Source: Verrucomicrobiia bacterium (lineage in GTDB: Bacteria > Verrucomicrobiota > Verrucomicrobiia > Limisphaerales > UBA1319). Taken from it: a stretch of 15,769 nucleotides of DNA. A model generated the notes under the pieces. The model ran no database searches. It saw only the letters and a list, made by a program, of their open reading frames with translations, and was not told the DNA's origin. Where the stretch lies: contig JADGRT010000019.1 of NCBI GenBank assembly GCA_017880715.1, positions 1 through 15,769 on the forward strand. Reading direction: 5' to 3'. Shown here piece after piece: positions 1-7,020 of the stretch (within the stretch, counting starts at the first letter, position 1; every line of letters begins with the position of its first letter). Made by a program: the position numbers and the translations under genes.

Positions 1-100
1 GCTATCTTGGCTGATCGCAGCGTCCGGCTTTTAGCCGGGTGGTTTGGCGAGCGGTGCGCCAATGCCTGACGGTTTCTAATCGTCCTGCGCCCGCCGCGCC

Positions 101-1207
101 TCACGCGTTGACCGAAATCAGTTTTTGGGCGATCTCCTCACCCAACCGGACCGCGTCTTTAACCGCGGCTTTGCCTTCGGCATAACAGGCGGGGCCGCTG
201 CGAAACGAAACGGCGCGCAAATGAATCAGATGCCCCAGGATGCGCGCGTACGCCGCTACGGGACTTTGGCAACCGCCGCCCATGGCGTGCAGGAAGGCTC
301 GCTCGGCCAGCACGCACTGGTGCGTGTTGAAATGATCCAACTGCAAGCAAACGTCCGCTACCTTCCTGTCCTTTTCCCGCGTTTCAATGCCGATGGCGCC
401 CTGCCCCACGCAGGGCAGCATTTCCTCCGGCTCGAGGCAGGTCGCCAGCAACCCGTTTAACTGGACGGACGGCCCTTCGGCGTCTTCCGGCTCCGGCTTC
501 GCCTGGGCGCGCAATTGGCCTCCCGGCATGATCCGGAATTGGAGCCGCTCCAAACCGGCGGCCGCCAGAATCGTGGCGTCCATTTCCGATTGTTCCCACA
601 GCTTCCGCAGGCGCGTGCCGACGTTGCCGCGAATCGGCACGACCTTGAGATCGGGTCGCACGGCCAGCAACTGCGCCTGACGGCGCGTGCTGCTGGTGGC
701 GACGGTGGCGCCCTGGGGCAGGCCGGACACGGTAAGTCGGGGCTTGAATCCGCGTTTCGGCTGCTGGCCCGGCGACCATTCCGCCACCGGCTCAACGCCG
801 CTGCCTGGCGGTTGGTCGAGGGCCTGCGCGTTGCGATAAAGCAGCACATCGCGCACATCGGCGCGCCGGCAGACGGCCGCCAGAGTCAAACCGGCGGGAA
901 GTTCCGTGGGCAGATCTTTGAGGCTATGCACCGCCAGATCGGCCTCGCCGTTCAACAGGGCAACTTCGAGCTCTTTCGTAAACAGTCCTTTGGTCGCGGC
1001 GGGATCGGCGCCCGCCAAAGCAGCGGTTTGCAGCTTGTCGCCGGTGGTCTTGACGATTTTGATTTCGAACTTCCGTTTCGGGAAGGCCTGGCGGCATTGT
1101 GCCAGCACCCGGCGGGCCTGCGCCAGAGCGAGGGCGCTGCCGCGAGTGGCCAGGACGAGAGTGGGTGGTTCAGCGGTGTCAGCCATAATGAAAGATACTG
1201 TGGGCAA
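101..1207 (-). CDS. hemC: Porphobilinogen deaminase (hydroxymethylbilane synthase), HemC. Likely true start is the ATG at 1186 (MADTAEPP...); the track start at 1207 is a TTG.
   Basis: N-terminal LVLATRGSALALAQA and HSLKDLP motifs. C-terminal cofactor-Cys region (GGGCQSPVAAYA). Two low-complexity inserts lengthen it to ~360 aa. Lies directly downstream of hemA in the same orientation. Confidence 0.85.
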   Translation of the reverse strand: MPTVSFIMADTAEPPTLVLATRGSALALAQARRVLAQCRQAFPKRKFEIKIVKTTGDKLQTAALAGADPAATKGLFTKELEVALLNGEADLAVHSLKDLPTELPAGLTLAAVCRRADVRDVLLYRNAQALDQPPGSGVEPVAEWSPGQQPKRGFKPRLTVSGLPQGATVATSSTRRQAQLLAVRPDLKVVPIRGNVGTRLRKLWEQSEMDATILAAAGLERLQFRIMPGGQLRAQAKPEPEDAEGPSVQLNGLLATCLEPEEMLPCVGQGAIGIETREKDRKVADVCLQLDHFNTHQCVLAERAFLHAMGGGCQSPVAAYARILGHLIHLRAVSFRSGPACYAEGKAAVKDAVRLGEEIAQKLISVNA

Positions 1208-1219
1208 ACCGATCGACGA

Positions 1220-2245
1220 TCAAGCCATGGTCCGGGCCCGTCCGGCCAAAAGGGCCTTTACCTTCTCGCCAATGATGGTCTCGCACTTTTTTATTTCGGC
1301 CTGGCGGTTCTTGAGATAGTCGTCCGCGATGGCTTTCAAGTCGTCGATGTTGTACAAATAAACGTTCTCGAGAAAATTGACCTCCGGCTCGATATCGCGT
1401 GGAACGGCGATGTCGATGAGCAGCAGCGGCCGGTGCTGGCGCAGCTTCATCAGCGGCTCCAGGCGGGCGCGATCCAGGACGTAGTCGGGCGCCGCCGTGC
1501 TGCTGATCACGATATCCACCGGCGCAAACTCCCGTTCCCATTGGAAAAAACTCAGCGCCCGTCCGCCCAGGTCCGTGGCCAGCGCCACGGCCCGGTCGTA
1601 GGTGCGGTTGCAGACCAACAACTGGCCGGCGCCGCGGCTCATCAGCGCGCGCGCGGCTTTCTCGCTGGTATCGCCGGCGCCCATGACCAGGACGCAGCGA
1701 TCGGTCAGCGATTGAAAAATGCGTTCGGCCAGTTCGACGGCGACATTGGCCACGGAGATGGCGCCGCGCTGGATGTTGGTATCCGTGCGGATCAGTTTGG
1801 CCACATTGAACGCCTTCTGAAAGGCCTGGTTTAAATACCGGCCGGTAGCCTTGTGTTGCAGCGCCAAATCGTAGGCATGCTTGAGCTGGCCGAGAATTTC
1901 AGTTTCGCCGAGCACCATGGAATCCAGTCCGGAGGCAACCCGGAAAAGGTGCTCGAGGCTTTGCGGCTCGGCGCGCGAGTAGATGATGCCGTCCACGGGC
2001 TCGCGGTAATCGCGACTGTCGCAGAGAAAATGCCGCAGCAAGGGAACCGCGGTTTCCGCCAGCGCCGGGGTGAACACATAAATCTCCACGCGGTTGCAGG
2101 TGGAAAGAATGACCGCTTCCTGCGCCAGCCCCGTTTGCCGAAGCCGGTCCAGCGTCGCCGGAATCGCGGCGTCGGCAAACGCAAACTTTTCCCGTACCGT
2201 CACCGGAGCGGTCTGATGATTCAATCCAAGGACGATGATGGCCAT
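1220..2245 (-). CDS. hemA: Glutamyl-tRNA reductase, HemA
   Basis: N-terminus IVLGLNHQTAPV...REKFAF, catalytic STCNRVEIY motif, and a GAGDTSEKAARAL NADPH-binding Rossmann segment. The 4-nt start/stop overlap with the upstream gene and the 12-nt gap to hemC suggest one operon. Confidence 0.9.
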   Translation of the reverse strand: MAIIVLGLNHQTAPVTVREKFAFADAAIPATLDRLRQTGLAQEAVILSTCNRVEIYVFTPALAETAVPLLRHFLCDSRDYREPVDGIIYSRAEPQSLEHLFRVASGLDSMVLGETEILGQLKHAYDLALQHKATGRYLNQAFQKAFNVAKLIRTDTNIQRGAISVANVAVELAERIFQSLTDRCVLVMGAGDTSEKAARALMSRGAGQLLVCNRTYDRAVALATDLGGRALSFFQWEREFAPVDIVISSTAAPDYVLDRARLEPLMKLRQHRPLLLIDIAVPRDIEPEVNFLENVYLYNIDDLKAIADDYLKNRQAEIKKCETIIGEKVKALLAGRARTMA

Positions 2246-2248
2246 GGC

Positions 2249-3073
2249 TCAGGGCGGATGGTGAAGGGCGGAAAACAGATTGAATCCCCAAAAAGTCAGG
2301 AGCACAAATAGAAAACCTCCCACCGCTCCCCAGGCAAACCGCCGGCCGCGCTGGGCAAATCGCGCATGCAAAACCAGCATGGCCAAGTAAAACAGCCAGA
2401 CTAGAATCGACCAGTGGATTTTGGGATCCGACTGGTAAAAGACCCCTTTTTCATGTTTCAGCCACAGAAAGCCGATGACCAGGCCCGCCGACAGCAGACC
2501 CATCCCACCCAGCAACAGCCGGCTCGTCAACCATTCCAACCGTTGGATGGGTGGAAACAGCGAGAAAAGGGCGCGGAATTTGTGGAACTTCAGGTCGTGT
2601 TCCTGAAGGAGAAACATGAAGGCGGCCACGGCGCCCAGGCCCAAGGCGCCGTACGCTAGAAAAATCAAACTGGCATGAAGGCTGAACCATCCTTCAGAAA
2701 GGGCCAGGCGCGCACCGGGCTCATCCAGCTTGGGCATCAAGGCAAACACACCCAGACCGAAGAGCCAGGGCGAGGCAAAGGCCCCCAAGAAACGCAAACG
2801 CGGCAGCAGACCCAGCACCAATAGGGCGATTACCATGGCCCACCCGATGAACATCGAGGCTTCGAACAGGTTGTGGATGGGGCAGCGTTGCAACGTGAAG
2901 CCTCGCAACATCATGGCTAGCGTATGAAAACCGAACCCGGCCAGCAGGATGCCGTAGTTGATGTGGTTGTCACGCCGAAAGCCCTGGCGCCAGAGGAAAC
3001 TCGAGTAAACGACACTGGCACCGTAAATCATTACGGCCACCAAAAAACAATGTCGATCCGTGAACCAAGCCAC
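2249..3073 (-). CDS. Polytopic membrane protein of the CcsA/ResC/HemX cytochrome c assembly family. This is the HemX-like gene that commonly precedes hemA.
   Basis: About 8 predicted TM helices and a Trp-rich segment (KGVFYQSDPKIHWSILVWLFYL) resembling the CcsA WWD-type region. Position mirrors the Bacillus hemAXCDBL arrangement, where hemX is CcsA-like. Family assignment rests on pattern recognition, not a search. Confidence 0.6.
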   Translation of the reverse strand: MAWFTDRHCFLVAVMIYGASVVYSSFLWRQGFRRDNHINYGILLAGFGFHTLAMMLRGFTLQRCPIHNLFEASMFIGWAMVIALLVLGLLPRLRFLGAFASPWLFGLGVFALMPKLDEPGARLALSEGWFSLHASLIFLAYGALGLGAVAAFMFLLQEHDLKFHKFRALFSLFPPIQRLEWLTSRLLLGGMGLLSAGLVIGFLWLKHEKGVFYQSDPKIHWSILVWLFYLAMLVLHARFAQRGRRFAWGAVGGFLFVLLTFWGFNLFSALHHPP

Positions 3074-3120
3074 GCCTCAAGGTTACCGAACCTGGGCGGT
3101 CCTGCAAGTGACAATTGATT

Positions 3121-3523
3121 TTGGAAGGGCTGTAAGCCGAGTTCTGTCTGCATCCCTTGCGGAATGGAGAGGATCATTTATCTCAGCGGTCATACCCGAA
3201 ACCCGTCCGGCCGAAGCCGGACACGGAGCGGGCCGCTCCAGGGTTTCCTATTTGGCCTTGCACCCGATGGGGTTTTCCGTGCCTCCGCGATTGCTCTTGG
3301 AGCGGTGGGCTCTTACCCCACCTTTTCACCCTTACCCCACGCCGCAGACAAGCTGCGCCGTAGGGCGGTTTGTTTTCTGTGGCACTGTCCGTCGGAACGT
3401 CTCGCAACGTCACCTCCCGCTTGTATCCCGATCTCAGGGGACCAGGTTAAGCGGCATCGCGCCCTAGGGTGTTCGGACTTTCCTCCCCCGGCTTGCGCCG
3501 GGAGCGATCCCCCGCCCTTCCAA
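3121..3523 (-). ncRNA. rnpB: RNase P RNA, bacterial type A (rnpB), ~400 nt
   Basis: Read on the minus strand. P4 5' strand GGAGGAAAGTCCGAAC...CCTAGGGCG. ACAGAAAACAAACCGCC...GGGTAAGGGTGAAAAGGTGGGGTAAGAGCCCACCG (P10-P12 region, near-identical to E. coli M1). GCAAGGCCAAATAGGAAACC. 3' ACAGAACTCGGCTTACAGCCCTTCC. P1 pairing: GGAAGGGC (5' end, ~3514-3521) with GCCCTTCC (3' end, ~3123-3130). Confidence 0.93.
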
Positions 3524-3722
3524 AATCAAGCAGAACCTAACGCGCTATTCCGCCCCGCGCAATGGCAATACGACGCTGGGTGAATGACAAGTCGAGTCGC
3601 CAGCAACCCCAGCTGACTCGGCTTGGCGGCTTCGCCCGCGCTGGGTTAACTCTTTTCCTTTGCCAATTTTCCCGCCCTCAGTAGGTTAAGCGCCATCGTA
3701 TATACCCGATCGACCGTACTGT

Positions 3723-6071
3723 TTGTCATTGCGAGACGTTGCTATGCCCAGCGATATTAAGAGCTCCTCCACGGACCGTTTCACGACCCACGAATTCCAA
3801 CCTTACGTTCCCGCCACGACGCAGATGCGCGAGCTTACATTGCTGCCGCTGTTAGCCGGAACGTTGCTGGGCATGGTGTTCGGCGCTTCGTCGCTTTACC
3901 TGGTTCTAAAAGTTGGCTTGACGGTGAGCGCATCGATACCCGTCGCGGTTATTTCCATTACGCTGTTTCGGCTGTTGGGCGGACTCGGGTTGCGGCGGGC
4001 AACCATCCTGGAGAACAACATTGTGCAAACCGCCGGCTCCGCGGGCGAATCCATCGCCTTCGGCCTGGGCGTGACGATGCCGGCCATTTTGATTCTGGGA
4101 TTCGATCTGGAAATTGCGCGGGTCATGCTGGTCGCGGTGCTGGGCGGGTTGCTGGGCATTTTGATGATGATCCCGCTGCGACGGGCGTTGATCGTGCAAC
4201 AGCATGGCACGCTCAAATACCCTGAAGGCACGGCCTGTGCCGAGGTGCTCAAGGCCGGTGATGCCGATGGCGCCCAGGCCCAATCGCAAGCGGCCGGCGC
4301 CGGCGCCACTACGATTTTTGCCGGGTTTGGCATGGGCTTGGTTTACAAGGCCGTCATGCTGGTCTTGAAGGGCTGGAAAGAGGTGCCGGAAAAGATTTTT
4401 GGATCCACCTTCAAAGCCGGATCGGTAGCCGCCGAAATATCGCCGGAATTGCTCGGCGTCGGCTACATTATCGGTCCTTACCTGGCTTCCATTATGTGTG
4501 CGGGCGGGGTGCTGGCTTATATGGTGTTGATTCCCGCCATCAAGTTTTTCGGTGAAGGCCTCACGGAAGCGCTGGCGCCGGGGACCATGCTCATTCGAGA
4601 TATGAGCCCCAACGATATTCGGGGTGCGTATATTCTTTATATTGGCGCCGGAGCGGTGGCGGCGGGGGGCATCATCAGCTTGCTTCGGTCCTTGCCCATC
4701 ATCTGGCAAAGTCTGCGTCATGGCCTGGAAATGGTGAGGGCCACTCGGGCCGGTCGCGGCTCGGTGCGGCGCACCGACCAGGATTTGTCGCTGAAATTCG
4801 TGCTCATCGGCATCCTCGTGCTAATCACCGCCATCACCTGGGCCAAACCGCTGCATATGAATTTGGTGGGCGCCGTGCTCATCATTCTCTTCGGCTTTTT
4901 GTTTGCGACCGTTTCGTCGCGATTAACGGGCGAGATCGGGTCATCCTCCAACCCGATTTCCGGCATGACGGTCGCCACGCTGCTATTGACCTGCTTAATT
5001 TTCCTGGTGCTCGGCTGGACGGCTCCGTCGTACTATGTGACGGCGCTGTCGGTGGGCGCCATCGTCTGCATCGCCTCCTCGAATGCGGGCACGACGTCGC
5101 AGGACTTGAAGACCGGCTTTCTCATCGGGGCCACGCCGCGTTTCCAACAAATTGCCATTCTGATTGGCGCGCTGGGCTCGGCGTTGATCCTCGGTCCCAT
5201 TTTGCTGACCTTGAATCAGAACGGGACAGTGTATGTAACGCAAACCACCGTGGAAAAGGCCACGGGCAAAACCAAGGTGAATTTTCCCACGGAGTTGCGC
5301 GCGGATATCAAGCAACTGGGCCGGTCGGAAACCTTAATCGGCCCGCAAGCGGCTGCGGACATCAAGAGCTACCGAGTGTGGCACAAATCCGACACCTCGG
5401 GTGGCCCGCCGGGCAAGTATCTGGTAACCGAGGATGGCGTGCCGGCTTATTTTGTGGATCCCGGTATTAACGGGCAATACACCGAGCGTCCGGATGGAAC
5501 CAAGGCCTCCAAATATCAGGCTCCCAAAGCGACCCTCATGTCGTACATCATCAAAGGAATTTTGAGTCAGCAACTGCCCTGGGGACTCGTGCTGCTGGGG
5601 GTCATGATCGCCGTGGTGCTTGAAATGTCGGGGATCCCCTCGCTGGCCTTTGCGGTGGGCGTTTATCTTCCGCTGTCGTCCTCGTCGCCGATTTTCATCG
5701 GCGGGTTGATTCGGTGGCTGGTGGATTGCTATCTGCGACGGAAACATGCCGGGGCGAATCTAACCGAAGACCAGCTTATGGCCGAAGGCGACAAAAGCCC
5801 GGGGGTGTTGCTGGCCTCCGGTTACATTGCCGGCGGAGCCATTGCCGGCATTATCTATGCCTTCATGGAGGGCGCGCTCGGCAAGGTGTCGGAAGTCATT
5901 ACGGCCTGGTCAACCAAACACAATCCATTTTTCGAGGGCGCCTATGCCGATGGGTTGTCTTTGATTCCTTTCGCGCTGCTAGTACTGGCGCTTTATCTTG
6001 CCGGCCGGGAAGTTTTGTTTCGCGGCCAACGAAAAACCGCCGCCCGAGCAGCGAATTCCGCGAACCCGTAA
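3723..6071 (+). CDS. OPT-family oligopeptide transporter. The track start at 3723 is a TTG; the ATG at 3744 (MPSDIK...) is an alternative start.
   Basis: 782 aa, ~15 TM segments. OPT-superfamily signature stretch NIVQTAGSAGESIAFG and a second repeat half (SSNAGTTSQDLKTGFLIG). An unusual ~110-aa hydrophilic insertion (TVYVTQTT...KASKYQAPK) sits between TM halves. Confidence 0.82.
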   Translation: MSLRDVAMPSDIKSSSTDRFTTHEFQPYVPATTQMRELTLLPLLAGTLLGMVFGASSLYLVLKVGLTVSASIPVAVISITLFRLLGGLGLRRATILENNIVQTAGSAGESIAFGLGVTMPAILILGFDLEIARVMLVAVLGGLLGILMMIPLRRALIVQQHGTLKYPEGTACAEVLKAGDADGAQAQSQAAGAGATTIFAGFGMGLVYKAVMLVLKGWKEVPEKIFGSTFKAGSVAAEISPELLGVGYIIGPYLASIMCAGGVLAYMVLIPAIKFFGEGLTEALAPGTMLIRDMSPNDIRGAYILYIGAGAVAAGGIISLLRSLPIIWQSLRHGLEMVRATRAGRGSVRRTDQDLSLKFVLIGILVLITAITWAKPLHMNLVGAVLIILFGFLFATVSSRLTGEIGSSSNPISGMTVATLLLTCLIFLVLGWTAPSYYVTALSVGAIVCIASSNAGTTSQDLKTGFLIGATPRFQQIAILIGALGSALILGPILLTLNQNGTVYVTQTTVEKATGKTKVNFPTELRADIKQLGRSETLIGPQAAADIKSYRVWHKSDTSGGPPGKYLVTEDGVPAYFVDPGINGQYTERPDGTKASKYQAPKATLMSYIIKGILSQQLPWGLVLLGVMIAVVLEMSGIPSLAFAVGVYLPLSSSSPIFIGGLIRWLVDCYLRRKHAGANLTEDQLMAEGDKSPGVLLASGYIAGGAIAGIIYAFMEGALGKVSEVITAWSTKHNPFFEGAYADGLSLIPFALLVLALYLAGREVLFRGQRKTAARAANSANP

Positions 6072-6100
6072 CGGCGACTCGGTAGAGCGCCGCCCTTTTC
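6071..6100 (+). terminator. Weak stem-loop (CGGCG-11 nt-CGCCG) followed by a CCCTTTTCAG tract in the 33-nt gap between convergent OPT and vapC genes
   Basis: The stem is only 5 bp and the T-run is short, so this is tentative. Confidence 0.2.
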
Positions 6101-6104
6101 AGTC

Positions 6105-6515
6105 TTAATTCTCTTTTAACGGCTGGAGAAGCGTTAGGGTAGGGAAGTACCGGCGGAGATATCCACGATCAATGACAGCGAGGCGGCCCGCCTGGACTTG
6201 GGCGTGGGCGGCGATGATAAAATCCGGAATGAGGCGCTCGCGAGGGCCGCCTTCGAGCCGGTAGGCGAGGTGGATTTGGCCGGCGAGAAAGGCCGCTTCG
6301 GGGCAAATGGGATCGTAATGGATGTCGAGCGCCGCTAGATCGGCTGAGACGCGAGCCGCAGTGGACCGGCCGGGGGAAATCTCCGCAAACACGACAGGAC
6401 AAACCACCAGAATGCCTTCGGCAGCCGCCACCGCGAGGGCTCGTTGCCATGCCTCATAGCCGGGTTCCCGCTTGCCAATGCAATAAAGAACAGATGAATC
6501 AATCGCGGTTTTCAT
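6105..6515 (-). CDS. vapC: PIN-domain toxin (VapC-like ribonuclease)
   Basis: 136 aa. Conserved acidic residues at the positions expected for a PIN fold (IDSSV near the N-terminus, FAEIS, IPDFIIAAHA). Overlaps the upstream small AbrB-type gene by 17 nt, typical for TA pairs. Confidence 0.8.
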   Translation of the reverse strand: MKTAIDSSVLYCIGKREPGYEAWQRALAVAAAEGILVVCPVVFAEISPGRSTAARVSADLAALDIHYDPICPEAAFLAGQIHLAYRLEGGPRERLIPDFIIAAHAQVQAGRLAVIDRGYLRRYFPTLTLLQPLKEN

Positions 6516-6774
6516 CCGGAGCGGCAGGGAGTTCGATCGGCCCGCGAAGTTCGTCGAGAACTTCCCGGGAAGTCATTCCGGCAAACGGATCTCGCCATCC
6601 CTCTCGAAACTCCTCCCAAGCCCGGTTCCAGGCTGCCGGGTCAATCACGCGTCGGGCGGTGAGGATCGATGCGTTTTCGTCGAAATTGAGGACATCGCCG
6701 GCTTTGAGGCGCAGGCTCTTGCGCACCACCAGTGGAATGGTGATTTGGCCTTTGCTGGTAAGCGTCGCTTTCAT
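6499..6774 (-). CDS. vapB: AbrB/SpoVT (MazE-type swapped-hairpin) antitoxin, VapB-like
   Basis: 91 aa. The N-terminus (LTSKGQITIPLVVRKSLRLKAGDVL) is a classic SpoVT/AbrB domain, and the acidic disordered C-terminus is typical of antitoxins. Sits immediately upstream of, and overlaps, the PIN gene. Confidence 0.8.
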   Translation of the reverse strand: MKATLTSKGQITIPLVVRKSLRLKAGDVLNFDENASILTARRVIDPAAWNRAWEEFREGWRDPFAGMTSREVLDELRGPIELPAAPDENRD

Positions 6775-6783
6775 GGCCTAAAA

Positions 6784-6815
6784 GTAAGGCGAATATGTAA
6801 GGAGATCAAGTAAGG
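6784..6815. promoter_or_regulatory. Three direct GTAAGG repeats with exact 13-bp periodicity (6784, 6797, 6810). They lie 10-41 nt upstream of the vapB start, so they are a candidate VapB/VapBC autoregulatory operator.
   Basis: GTAAGGcgaatatGTAAGGagatcaaGTAAGGatatt, in a divergent intergenic region (vapB to the left, S46 peptidase to the right). Confidence 0.35.
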
Positions 6816-7020
6816 ATATTTTCAGTCCTGATTTGAGCGCCAAGTATGCATCTTGGCCGGCTCAAACTCTCGAATCGTGCGCAGCTTTTCGAATGCTCGG
6901 AGGAAATAATGATCCCGGCTCACGCCGGATGCTACAAAAAAAGGGATATGCGCACGAGCGCCAGCACCGCTTGTTTTCTTCCTTGGCAGCGCCAAACGTC
7001 TGCTTCAGGCTAACTGTAAC

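Noticed and set aside
1-100. Short hairpin CCGGCTAAAAGCCGG (minus-strand reading) downstream of hemC
   Set aside because: The stem is only 5-6 bp with no following U-tract, and the window edge truncates the context. It is not enough to call a terminator.
515-1834. 439-aa ORF antisense to hemC/hemA
   Set aside because: It sits fully inside two confidently identified genes on the other strand. The product is Gly/Ala/Arg-rich low complexity, typical of antisense frames in high-GC DNA.
3060-3583. Five overlapping ORFs (3060-3467, 3157-3363, 3164-3583, 3183-3413, 2924-3118) in the hem/OPT gap
   Set aside because: They lie on the RNase P RNA (rnpB). The conserved RNA motifs explain the sequence conservation, and the translated products are low-complexity Arg/Pro/Gly-rich. 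They are spurious.
3906-4721. 271-aa and other minus-strand ORFs inside the OPT transporter gene (3896-4333, 4718-4978, 4995-5315, 5334-5747)
   Set aside because: All are antisense or out of frame to a 782-aa transporter with a clear family signature. The products are Arg/Pro/His-rich with no coding signal.
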